Below, piece by piece: positions 1 to 11,081 of a DNA stretch of 26,569 bases. The position numbers and the translations under genes are program-made. Source of the stretch: Chloroflexota bacterium (GTDB lineage: Bacteria > Chloroflexota > Limnocylindria > Limnocylindrales > CSP1-4). The notes under the pieces are model-generated. The model had not been told where the DNA came from, did not search any database, and worked only from the letters and a program-made list of their open reading frames with translations. The DNA is taken from assembly GCA_043758855.1 (NCBI GenBank), contig JAYVMQ010000067.1, positions 1-26,569 of the forward strand, given 5' to 3'. Position 1 is the first letter of the stretch; each line of letters starts with the position of its first letter.

Positions 1-2435
<2,435 letters not shown>

Positions 2436-4661
2436 CTACGCGACTTCGAGGTCGAAGAGGCAGGCCGTAAAGTCCCCTGCCGCTCTGGAATCGGCGGGGT
2501 CCTCGGAATTCACAAGCAGGCCGACCCGCATCAGCTCGTCGCCGCCGTGAACGCCTGTGTTGGCCCTGGCGACGGCGTCATGGCCGGCTTGCCAGACCGA
2601 GACCTTATAAGAAGCCGCGGGATCCAAGCCGCGCAGACGGAGGCGGGACGGGCCCGAATTCGGCCGGTTGAGAACGCGGTAGTGACCGACGACCGCGCGG
2701 CGACGGTCCTCGGAAACGGTCAGCCAGGCAGTCTCGTTTCCGTCGCCCTCGAATGGACTTCGCAGGCGCACGAAACGGCCCCGCTGGAACAGATCGCGGC
2801 GTTCCTTGTAGAACGCGACCTGCGCCGCGATTTGGACCCGCTCGTCCGCCGTCAGGGCCGTGGGGTCCAGTTCATACCCAAGGAGGCCGAAGAAGGCGAC
2901 GGCGGCGCGAGTCTGGAGAGGCGTGATTCGGCCTACCTGGTGGTTGGGCACGGCCGACACATGGGTCGCCATAGAGCTGATCGGGTACGCCAGCGAGGTG
3001 CCCCACTGGATCTTGAGCCGCTCGACCGCGTCGGTCTGGTCGCTGGTCCAGGCCTGGGGCGCGAAGGCGAGCATGCCCGGATCGAAGCGCCCGCCGCCGC
3101 TCGCGCACGACTCGAAAAGCACCTCTGGGAACGCCCGCGTCAGTCGCTCGAACAGCTCGTACACACCCAGGATGTAGCGATGGAAGAACTCGCCCTGGCG
3201 TTCCGCGGGCAGGGTCGCACTAAACGGCTCGGTGATGTTGCGGTTCATGTCCCATTTCACGTATGAGATAGGAGCATGACCCAGCAGGTCTGAGAACACT
3301 CCAAAGAGGTGATTTACGACCTCCGGGCGAGACATATCCAGGACGAGCTGGTTACGACCCTCGGTTCGGGGCCGGGCCGGGGTGCCCACGGCCCAGTCGC
3401 CGTGATCGGTGAAGAGCTGGCTGCGCTGGCTGACCATCTCAGGCTCGATCCAGATCCCGAACCGCATCCCAAGGGCCTCGATCTTGCGGGCCAGGCCGTC
3501 GATCCCGCCCGGCAGCTTGCTCAGATTCACGGACCAGTCGCCCAGGGAGCTGTTATCGCTGTCTCGTCGGCCGAACCAGCCGTCGTCCAGTACGAAAAGC
3601 TCGATGCCCAATTCGCGAGCGGAAGATGCGATTTCGAGGAGCTTCGGCTCGTCGAAGTCGAAGTAGGTGGCTTCCCAATTGTTGATCACGATCGGGCGCG
3701 GCGCGTCCCGCCAGACGCCGCGGGCGAGCCTGTCGCGGAAGAGGGCGTGGAAAGCGTCGGACAGCGCCCCGAGCCCGGCATCGGAATAAGCGAGGATCGC
3801 CTCCGGCGTGCAGAACTCGGCGCCGCGCTCAAGAGTCCAGGCGAAACCCTGCGGGTTGATGCCGAGGCGCACCCGGGACGTGCCGAAGGTGTCCACGTCC
3901 GCCTCCACAAGGAAGTTGCCGGAGTAGACGAGGCTCAGCCCGTAGGCCTCGCCCTGCTCCTCCGTCGTTGTGGAGCGACAGAGCGCCAGGAACGGGTTGT
4001 GCTCGTGGCCGGAGGCGCCGCGCAGGCTGCCGATGGATTGCAAGCCGGGACGCAATTGACGCTCCACGACGTGCCTCTCACGGGCCCAGGCTCCGCTCAG
4101 CTGAACCATCTCCCAATCCGAATCGGGCAGATCGAGGGAGGCGCTCATGGCGCACTCGACGACCTGAGTCAGCGCTCGCACGTTCCTGATGCGGGCACTA
4201 CGGGCCACGATCGGCCTGTCGGAAAAGAGGGTGTAGTAGAGGCGGATCTCCAGGTCGGCGGGAGTGTCGGCAAGCTGGATTTCGAGCGTCTCCGCTTCCT
4301 CGTATGCCTGGACGTACGTGGACGGGAGTCCGGGGAGGGCCGGCTTTCCGGCGAAGACTCGATGGCCCGTGTACCGCAGGTCCAGCATGGTCGAGCCGTC
4401 CGGCTGACGAACCGACACAGCCGGAACGCGATAGTCGCCTATGCCCGCCGTGGGGTACTCGAGCGGGATCGGGTCGCCCAGCCGATTGTCGAAGCCCAGG
4501 AACTCCCTAGAGTTGAAGTGGGCGTAGGAAGCTTCGTCTGCCAACGGGCTACCGAAGTACATATGTCCGAGAGTGCCGTTGTCGAGCACGCGTATCAGAT
4601 AGCTCAAGTGCTTGTTGCGCAGATGAAAGACCCGCGTGGCGTCATCAAACGCAATCGACAT
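2436..4661 (-). CDS. GH36 alpha-galactosidase
   Basis: ORF 2436..4727. Likely start is ATG 4661 (GGGGAG upstream, MSIAFDD). Motifs NNWEATYFDF, LFVLDDGWFG, YVKWDMNR, ESCASGGGRFD, WTSDQTD. Confidence 0.95.
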   Translation of the reverse strand: MSIAFDDATRVFHLRNKHLSYLIRVLDNGTLGHMYFGSPLADEASYAHFNSREFLGFDNRLGDPIPLEYPTAGIGDYRVPAVSVRQPDGSTMLDLRYTGHRVFAGKPALPGLPSTYVQAYEEAETLEIQLADTPADLEIRLYYTLFSDRPIVARSARIRNVRALTQVVECAMSASLDLPDSDWEMVQLSGAWARERHVVERQLRPGLQSIGSLRGASGHEHNPFLALCRSTTTEEQGEAYGLSLVYSGNFLVEADVDTFGTSRVRLGINPQGFAWTLERGAEFCTPEAILAYSDAGLGALSDAFHALFRDRLARGVWRDAPRPIVINNWEATYFDFDEPKLLEIASSARELGIELFVLDDGWFGRRDSDNSSLGDWSVNLSKLPGGIDGLARKIEALGMRFGIWIEPEMVSQRSQLFTDHGDWAVGTPARPRTEGRNQLVLDMSRPEVVNHLFGVFSDLLGHAPISYVKWDMNRNITEPFSATLPAERQGEFFHRYILGVYELFERLTRAFPEVLFESCASGGGRFDPGMLAFAPQAWTSDQTDAVERLKIQWGTSLAYPISSMATHVSAVPNHQVGRITPLQTRAAVAFFGLLGYELDPTALTADERVQIAAQVAFYKERRDLFQRGRFVRLRSPFEGDGNETAWLTVSEDRRRAVVGHYRVLNRPNSGPSRLRLRGLDPAASYKVSVWQAGHDAVARANTGVHGGDELMRVGLLVNSEDPADSRAAGDFTACLFDLEVA

Positions 4662-4747
4662 GGCCACTCCCCGCGTGTCGGTGAAGCCGATGGACCGGCT
4701 GCGCCAGTATGGACCGAGCACAGACAATCGTACTTAGGGCACGGGCG

Positions 4748-5776
4748 TTAGCCCTTTGAAGAGCCCAGCGTCAAGCCGTTGACGAAGTAGCGCTGAAGAG
4801 CGAAGAAGACGAGGATCGTGGGTATCGCCGCCAGCAGGGCGCCCGCAGCCAGCTGGTTGTAGTTGCTGTAGAACATGCCGTTGAGGTTCTGCAGCGCCGA
4901 CGTAATGGGCCGCTTATCGCCGCTCTTCATCAGGATCAGAGCCCAGAAGAAATCGTTGTAGATGAAGGTGAACTCAAGGGTTGCCAGCGCGGCAAGAGCA
5001 GGGCGGCAGAGCGGCATGATGATTTCCGCCCAGATCCGCAGGACCCCGGCACCATCAACAAGGGCCGCTTCCGTCAGTTCCTTGGACAGGGTCTTCATGT
5101 AGTTACTCAGGACGAAGACGCAGAAGCCCATCTGGAAGACGATGTGGATGATGATGATACCGATGTACTGGTCGTACAGGAGACCGTTGTCGCTCAGGGG
5201 CGCCGGAATGTGGAGGACGGCCCACAGGTACAAGTGGAATAGCGGCAGAATGATGACCTGTTGCGGAAGCAGGTTGCCGGCCGTGAACAGCATCAGCACA
5301 ACTAGATTGAAGCGCCAACTGAACTTCGTCACGGCGAAGGCGACCATCGATGCAATGACCAGGGTGATGATCACTGCGGGTACTGTCACGATCAAGGTGT
5401 TGAGATAGGCCTGCGGGATGTTCGCCCCGCTCCAGGCAGTGACGAAGTTGTCGAACGTAAGGCCGGTCGGGAGGGAGAAGTAACCGTGGTGCGTCGTGTC
5501 CGAGTCGAGCCTGAGCGACGTGTACACGGCCCACAAAAGTGGGAACGCCCATACGACGGTGATCGAAATGAGGAACGCGTAGATGGTGATCCGGCGCTTC
5601 CGGATCCGCCGGCGGGGCTTGGGCCCGGCGACGACCGCGCGTCGCTCGGCCCGAACCGGAGGCGGCCCGGTCATGTCGTCCAAGTCACGCAAGGGGCGTA
5701 CGCCGCTCGAGGGCGCAGCTGGCTCAATGGCGGCGACGTTCATAGACTCAAGCGGCACCGCGGCCTCGTCGCTCAC
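4748..5776 (-). CDS. Carbohydrate ABC transporter permease (MalG-like)
   Basis: Multiple hydrophobic segments, EAA loop ELTEAALVDGAG, C-terminal PTILVFFALQRYFVNGL. Overlaps the upstream permease stop by 4 nt. Confidence 0.93.
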   Translation of the reverse strand: MSDEAAVPLESMNVAAIEPAAPSSGVRPLRDLDDMTGPPPVRAERRAVVAGPKPRRRIRKRRITIYAFLISITVVWAFPLLWAVYTSLRLDSDTTHHGYFSLPTGLTFDNFVTAWSGANIPQAYLNTLIVTVPAVIITLVIASMVAFAVTKFSWRFNLVVLMLFTAGNLLPQQVIILPLFHLYLWAVLHIPAPLSDNGLLYDQYIGIIIIHIVFQMGFCVFVLSNYMKTLSKELTEAALVDGAGVLRIWAEIIMPLCRPALAALATLEFTFIYNDFFWALILMKSGDKRPITSALQNLNGMFYSNYNQLAAGALLAAIPTILVFFALQRYFVNGLTLGSSKG

Positions 5777-6711
5777 TTGTCGTCCTCCCTCAGCATCCGC
5801 GTCAGGAACACGACGATCGGTCCCAGGGAAACCACCAACAGCACGACCGCGATCGCCGAGCTGAAGCCGACCCGAGGCGATTCGCTGAGGCCGTTGTTGG
5901 TGATGAGTGTCGAGAGGAGCTCCAGACCGCTCTTGCCACCGTTGAAGATGTAGGCGATGTCGAATGCACGCAGCGCTTCGATCGCCGTGATCACGATGAT
6001 GACCACGTTGATCGGCCTCAGCACCGGGAATACAACGTGGACGAACGTCTGTCGGGCATTGGCACCGTCTATCGCCGCGGCCTCACGAAGCTGCGGGTCG
6101 AAGCTCTTGAGACCCGCCAAATACAGGATCGTTATGTACCCCACATGACGCCAGCTTGCAGCGATCAACGCGGCGAAGAGGTTTACGCTGCTGTCTCCCA
6201 CCCAGTCGGTGTTCGATATGTCCGGCAGGAAATGGGTGAAGGGCAGCCTCGGTATGTGAGCCAGCAGGCTGTTGATAAAGCCCTGGCCCACATCGGGCGC
6301 GTACTGCAGCTGCCAAATGAGACCAATGACAGCCAATGAGAGCACGACCGGGGTGTAGAAAACCGACTGGTAGAAGCGCGAACCCTTTATGTCGCTGTCG
6401 AGAACCACCGCCATCAATATCCCGAGCGGTGTCGCGATGAGCATAAGGAACGCGAGCCAGATCAGGTTGTGGGTGAGGGCCGGCATGAAGAATGGATAGG
6501 CCCATACCTTCTGGTATTCGTCAATGCCTACGAAGTTCTTGTCCGTGATCGGCCCGATGCCCGTCCAATTCGTGAACGACAAGCCAATCGCAACGATCGT
6601 CGGGCCCCAGATCAGCAGCAGATCTACGATCAGGGGGATGCCCACCATCAGCGCCAGGACGATCTGGTCACGGCGCGACAGAGGGGAGAACCGGCGGCGA
6701 ACGCGGCCCAT
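5773..6711 (-). CDS. Carbohydrate ABC transporter permease (MalF-like)
   Basis: FTNWTG, hydrophobic helices, EAA loop QLREAAAIDGAN. The start is uncertain (see small ORF 6711-6836). Confidence 0.93.
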   Translation of the reverse strand: MGRVRRRFSPLSRRDQIVLALMVGIPLIVDLLLIWGPTIVAIGLSFTNWTGIGPITDKNFVGIDEYQKVWAYPFFMPALTHNLIWLAFLMLIATPLGILMAVVLDSDIKGSRFYQSVFYTPVVLSLAVIGLIWQLQYAPDVGQGFINSLLAHIPRLPFTHFLPDISNTDWVGDSSVNLFAALIAASWRHVGYITILYLAGLKSFDPQLREAAAIDGANARQTFVHVVFPVLRPINVVIIVITAIEALRAFDIAYIFNGGKSGLELLSTLITNNGLSESPRVGFSSAIAVVLLVVSLGPIVVFLTRMLREDDK

Positions 6712-6836
6712 CAGGCGGGAGAGATGGACACGCCGGCGTCCGGGGCGGAGGACGATCCGGAAGGAACGGCTGCCCCCGCTGAGTCGAGCGAACCCGGCTC
6801 TGCGGAGGCAGCATCGTCAAACACGTGGTCAGCCAT
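6711..6836 (-). CDS. Possible 41-aa acidic Ala/Ser/Pro-rich ORF, or a frameshifted N-terminus of the permease
   Basis: Hand translation MADHVFDDAASAEPGSLDSAGAAVPSGSSSAPDAGVSISPA*. Its TGA overlaps the permease ATG (TGATG). Confidence 0.4.
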   Translation of the reverse strand: MADHVFDDAASAEPGSLDSAGAAVPSGSSSAPDAGVSISPA

Positions 6837-6887
6837 CGGTCGTAATTGTTGCGTGACGATGACTGGCCATCTCGTACCTACTACGGG

Positions 6888-8309
6888 TTAGGCGAGGGAG
6901 TCCCAGAAGGTCTGGATCTTCGCCAGGAACTTGTCGAGGTCCTGATCCGGCTTCTGCAGGAAGTCGATGAGGAAGGCCTGCATGCCGTTTTGGCCGGAGA
7001 ACTCCGGCTTGGTGTCGCGATCGAGGAACTGGGTGAGCTTTTTGGCACCGGCGATGACCTGGGCCTGGTGCTTCTGAAGCGGCGTGTACTGGCTAACGTC
7101 AACGTCGTTGGCGGTGGCGATACCAGAGGTGTTCGCCTTGGCGTAAATCAGCTGCGTCGATCCATGAGCCAGGAAGGCCATGAAGGCCTTGGCATTGGGA
7201 AGATCGGCGGTAAGGTCCGGCGACTTGGCAGAGAGCATGTAGCCGTCGATTGGGGCGTCTAAGGCCTCTTCGACATCCCACTGGGTGCCGTGATGCGGCC
7301 ACGGGAAGAAGTCGAGGTCGGCGAAGTCCGCCGCGCCCGCAGCCTGGAAGGTCTCAGCAACCTGAGGCTGGAGCATCATGCCAGTTGTCTTTTTGACGAG
7401 CCCTGCGGCCGCGTCCTGCCAGATGCGTCCCGCGCTGTTGGCCTGGTAGAAGGGCAGGAGGCTCTTCCATACAGTGAAGACCTGCTTGACCTTCTGGTCG
7501 CTCCACTTGTTCTTACCGGCCATCAGGTCGACGTGGAACTGGTAGCCGTTCTCGCGCAGGTTGATGATGTCGAAGTGGCCCATCGCCGGCCAGCCGTCCT
7601 TGTCGCCAAGGCCGATTGGCACGAGACCATCCGTCTGCATCTTCGCGGCGAGCGTCTTCATCTCGTCGAGGGTCTTGGGGATCGTGTAGTTCTTGGCCTT
7701 CCAAACGCTCGGCCGGTAATAGACCGTCCAGGCGTAGGTGGCGAACGGGATCATGTAGAGCTTGCCGTCGTTGCCCGTGCAGGCGGTCTTGAACGCGTCT
7801 GTGTAAAGCGAGCCGATGGAGGCCCACACGTCGTCGATCGGTGTGAACAGACCCTGGTCGACGAATGAACGCATGCGGTATCCCGAGAACCATGTGAGGG
7901 CGTCGTCAGGGGTGCCCTGCAGGTAATTCGAGATGGTGTTCTGGAAGGTCGAATGATCGACTGTGTTGACCTTGACCGCGACGCCCGGGTTGGCGACGTT
8001 GAACGCCGTCACCGCGTCCGTCAGAGCCTTTTTCGGCACTGCGTCCGACAGGTTAGAACCGAGCGTCAGCTTGCCGCTAAGTGCGGCCGCTGGGCCGGAG
8101 GATGGCGGCGTCACGGGTCCGGGGGTGGATCCACCGGAGGGCGTACCGGACGCGGCCAATGAGGCTGTCGCCGACCCTGTACTGCAGGCAGCAATGACGG
8201 CCGGCAGTACGGTAAGTCCGGCTGCGCCGAGCAGACCCTTCTTGAGTACTTCTCGCCGGGACACCTGCCCGCCTGAGAGCAAGCCCGCGCGCTGTTCTTG
8301 ATCATCCAT
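6888..8309 (-). CDS. Sugar ABC transporter substrate-binding lipoprotein with twin-arginine signal
   Basis: SRREVLKKG twin-Arg motif, hydrophobic stretch, lipobox IAAC, Ser/Pro/Gly linker, family-1 SBP-like body. GGAGGAG RBS. Confidence 0.92.
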   Translation of the reverse strand: MDDQEQRAGLLSGGQVSRREVLKKGLLGAAGLTVLPAVIAACSTGSATASLAASGTPSGGSTPGPVTPPSSGPAAALSGKLTLGSNLSDAVPKKALTDAVTAFNVANPGVAVKVNTVDHSTFQNTISNYLQGTPDDALTWFSGYRMRSFVDQGLFTPIDDVWASIGSLYTDAFKTACTGNDGKLYMIPFATYAWTVYYRPSVWKAKNYTIPKTLDEMKTLAAKMQTDGLVPIGLGDKDGWPAMGHFDIINLRENGYQFHVDLMAGKNKWSDQKVKQVFTVWKSLLPFYQANSAGRIWQDAAAGLVKKTTGMMLQPQVAETFQAAGAADFADLDFFPWPHHGTQWDVEEALDAPIDGYMLSAKSPDLTADLPNAKAFMAFLAHGSTQLIYAKANTSGIATANDVDVSQYTPLQKHQAQVIAGAKKLTQFLDRDTKPEFSGQNGMQAFLIDFLQKPDQDLDKFLAKIQTFWDSLA

Positions 8310-8352
8310 TGACGGTCACTCCTCCCTTCACGGCCGAATTAGACGACCGCGG

Positions 8353-8372
8353 TCCAACAGGAAACAACAAGA
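8353..8372. promoter_or_regulatory. Candidate operator: 10-bp-period direct repeat nnCAACA(G/A)GA x2
   Basis: TCCAACAGGA AACAACAAGA, just downstream of the predicted -10 of the uptake operon. Assignment to the DeoR protein is inference. Confidence 0.4.
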
Positions 8373-8379
8373 CTCGGCG

Positions 8380-8409
8380 ATTGTCCGACCCCTTTGGTCA
8401 CTCTGTCAA
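8380..8409 (-). promoter_or_regulatory. Candidate housekeeping-sigma promoter for the sugar ABC/galactosidase operon
   Basis: Minus strand TTGACA (8409-8404), 18 nt, GACAAT (8385-8380). Confidence 0.55.
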
Positions 8410-8450
8410 GTGGTTTACCAACGTAACGCGTGGTATTTTGGGGGAACACG

Positions 8451-8479
8451 TTGACTTACGCCTATTCCTGCGGCAGGAT
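8451..8479 (+). promoter_or_regulatory. Candidate promoter for deoR-galT operon
   Basis: TTGACT (8451-8456), 17 nt, CAGGAT (8474-8479). The -10 overlaps the palindrome TCCTG-CGG-CAGGA. Confidence 0.45.
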
Positions 8480-8526
8480 TGAGAATATGGAACGGGGTCG
8501 GCGATATAGGCCTACGACCAAGCAGG

Positions 8527-9444
8527 ATGGATTCTGAAGCAGTGGAGCCAGTGATGGAGGAAACGCCGGGTCTGGATGGGGGCGCCAAGAGGCCCGCCCT
8601 GGCCAGGCAGCGTCAGACGCTGATCCTTGAGCGGGTGCGCGAGCAGGGTGGGGTCCGTGTGGCCGATCTCGTACGCGAGCTCGGCGTCTCGGACATGACC
8701 GTCCGGCGCGACTTGGAGCTTCTGCACGAACGCGGCTTGATAGAGAAAGTGCACGGCGGGGCCACGGCCATCGAGGGCAGCTCCCTGTTCGAGCCAGGGT
8801 TCACCGTCAAGTCGACGCTGATGCAGAGCGAGAAGATGCTCATTGCCGGAAGCGCCGCCGGCCTCGTCGCGCCCGGCACCGCCATCGCGATCTCAGCCGG
8901 AACGACGACCTTCGCGCTGGCCAGACGGCTAACCGACGTGCCCGGCCTGACGGTCCTGACCAACTCAGTGCCGGTCGCAGACGTTCTATACAGGGACGGT
9001 CGCCCGGACCAGACAGTCATTCTGAGCGGCGGCGTCCGCACCCCCTCCGACGCGCTCGTCGGGCCGTTCGCCGTCGAGGTCATCCGGTCGCTGCACGTCG
9101 ATAGTGTCTTCATGGGCAGTCACGGCATGGATTCTCGGTCCGGCTTCACGACGCCGAACATCCTCGAAGCCGAGACGAACCGCGCCCTGATCGAGGCGGG
9201 TCGACGCCTCATCGTGCTGGCCGACCACACGAAATGGGGCGTCATCGGCATCAGCTCGGTGGCGCGGCTGGAGGATGCCGACACGATCATCACCGATGGC
9301 GGCCTCGATGCGGCGGCCCGCAGTCAGTTGGCATCGGCGGTTCGGCGGCTGATGCTGGTGGACGTCGCAACCGGAGACGTCCAGACGATCGAGGGCGGAA
9401 ACGGCCACTCCACCCGTCCGCTCAAGCCAGGGGGGCGTGCATGA
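8527..9444 (+). CDS. DeoR/GlpR-family transcriptional regulator
   Basis: N-terminal HTH RQTLILERV...ELGVSDMTVRRDLELL, KVHGGA, and sensor domain ISAGTTT, LTVLTNS, LSGG, ADHTKWG. Start could be 8527, 8551 or 8554. Confidence 0.93.
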   Translation: MDSEAVEPVMEETPGLDGGAKRPALARQRQTLILERVREQGGVRVADLVRELGVSDMTVRRDLELLHERGLIEKVHGGATAIEGSSLFEPGFTVKSTLMQSEKMLIAGSAAGLVAPGTAIAISAGTTTFALARRLTDVPGLTVLTNSVPVADVLYRDGRPDQTVILSGGVRTPSDALVGPFAVEVIRSLHVDSVFMGSHGMDSRSGFTTPNILEAETNRALIEAGRRLIVLADHTKWGVIGISSVARLEDADTIITDGGLDAAARSQLASAVRRLMLVDVATGDVQTIEGGNGHSTRPLKPGGRA

Positions 9445-10499
9445 GCAAGGAGCTCACCTCGCCTTTCCTGCCGTCGCAACCGCACCGCCGCTACAACCCG
9501 CTGTCCGGCGAATGGCTGCTCGTCTCAGCTGAACGGACGAGCCGACCGTGGCTCGGTGACGAGGTAGCTCCGGCGAGCGGCGACCTGCCCACGTACGACC
9601 CTTCCTGCTACCTGTGCCCGGGCAATGTGAGGGCTAACGGCGAGCGGAATCCGAAGTACGACTCCACCTTCGTGTTCACCAACGACTTCGCCGCCCTGCA
9701 GCCGGACTCGCCGGCGGCAGCATTCCAGAATGGTCTCCTGCGGGCGGAAACCGAACGAGGCACCTGCCTGGTCATCTGCTTTTCCCCGCGCCACGATCTG
9801 AGCATGTCTCGCATGAACGCCGCCCAGGCCCGCAGCGTCGTGGACCTCTGGTCGACCCAATCGGCATCTCTGGGAGAACGTTTCGAGTGGGTCCAGGTCT
9901 TCGAGAATCGCGGCTCCGCAATGGGGGCTTCGAACCCGCACCCACACGGGCAGATTTGGGCCGGTAGCGCCCTGCCGCTCGAGGCCGAGAGGGAGGGTGC
10001 TACCCAGCGCCGCCACTTTGAGGCCACCGGCCGCAGTCTCCTCCTCGACTACACCGAGCAGGAGACGGGTGGACCTAGGGATCTCGGCAGCGACGATGAA
10101 TGGTTGGTCGTCGTTCCGTTCTGGGCCGTCTGGCCCTTCGAGACATTGATCATCCCGCGCCGCCCAGTATCCCGGCTGCCAGACCTGGATGATCGCCAGC
10201 GCGACTCGCTTGCGGACCGCCTGACCCAATTGCTGCGTGGCTACGACGGGTTGTTTGAGGCGCCCTTCCCATACTCGATGGGATGGCACCAAGCGCCGTT
10301 CGACGGCATTGAAAGGCCGCACTGGCAGCTCCACGCCCACTTCTATCCGCCGCTTCTCCAGGCGGCGGTACGGAAATTCATGGTGGGCTACGAGCTTCTC
10401 TCCGAGCCGCAGCGCGACATAACCGCGGAAGATGCCGCGGAACGACTGCGTTCTGCGATCAACGCCGCAAATCCCTCAGCAGCCCACGTGGGCGGCTGA
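9441..10499 (+). CDS. galT: Galactose-1-phosphate uridylyltransferase
   Basis: ATG 9441 overlaps the DeoR stop (ATGA). HRRYNPL, CYLCPGN, FENRG..MG.SNPHPHGQIWA (catalytic HPH), FPYSMGWH, RKFMVGYE. Confidence 0.96.
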   Translation: MSKELTSPFLPSQPHRRYNPLSGEWLLVSAERTSRPWLGDEVAPASGDLPTYDPSCYLCPGNVRANGERNPKYDSTFVFTNDFAALQPDSPAAAFQNGLLRAETERGTCLVICFSPRHDLSMSRMNAAQARSVVDLWSTQSASLGERFEWVQVFENRGSAMGASNPHPHGQIWAGSALPLEAEREGATQRRHFEATGRSLLLDYTEQETGGPRDLGSDDEWLVVVPFWAVWPFETLIIPRRPVSRLPDLDDRQRDSLADRLTQLLRGYDGLFEAPFPYSMGWHQAPFDGIERPHWQLHAHFYPPLLQAAVRKFMVGYELLSEPQRDITAEDAAERLRSAINAANPSAAHVGG

Positions 10500-10541
10500 G
10501 GAGCAAGCCGCACAGGCAACAACGAAGAAGGAGACTGACCA

Positions 10542-10949
10542 ATGCTTGGTGGCCTCACACCCGCACATCTGTTGATCATTTTGGTTATCGCTCTGATCGT
10601 GATCGGGCCGGGGAAGCTGCCCGAAGTCGGCGCCGCAATTGGCAAGAGCATCCGAGAGTTCCAGAAGGCAACCGGCGGCATAACCGACACATTGACGGGA
10701 GCGGTGGCTCAGCCCGTGCCGCCGGCGCCGACTCCGTCGACCCAGGTCCAGCCCACGACTCCGCCCTATTACACCGCTCAGTCGGGTTACCCGGCGGCCG
10801 GCTACCCAGCGCCCGTCGCTCAGCCCCCAATGCAGCATCAACCGGTCATGGGCATCGTCGAGCAGGCGCCCGCGCCCCCGGCTCCAATGGTCTATCAGCA
10901 GCCGAACGCCGCCGTCCAGCAGCCACCCGCCTCCCCAAAGGTCGACTGA
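10542..10949 (+). CDS. tatA: Twin-arginine translocase TatA/E subunit with long Pro/Gln/Ala-rich tail
   Basis: AAGGAG RBS. MLGGLTPAHLLIILVIALIVIGPGKLPEVGAAIGKSIREFQKA (TM, GP hinge, amphipathic helix). Confidence 0.93.
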   Translation: MLGGLTPAHLLIILVIALIVIGPGKLPEVGAAIGKSIREFQKATGGITDTLTGAVAQPVPPAPTPSTQVQPTTPPYYTAQSGYPAAGYPAPVAQPPMQHQPVMGIVEQAPAPPAPMVYQQPNAAVQQPPASPKVD

Positions 10950-10991
10950 GAGCTCCCACTCGAGGTCGGCATCCCTCCCTTCCGGCCTTGT

Positions 10992-11023
10992 GCCACGGCT
11001 TTCGCTCCGACGAGAGCCGTGGC
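10992..11023 (+). terminator. 13-bp stem-loop between tatA and galK, no U-tract
   Basis: GCCACGGCTTTCG-CTCCGA-CGAGAGCCGTGGC: 12 Watson-Crick pairs plus 1 G:U. Confidence 0.4.
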
Positions 11024-11081
11024 TCGGGCCGAAATACGCTGACTCCGACGTGGACGGCAGTCGGCCGAGGTGCCATTTGCA

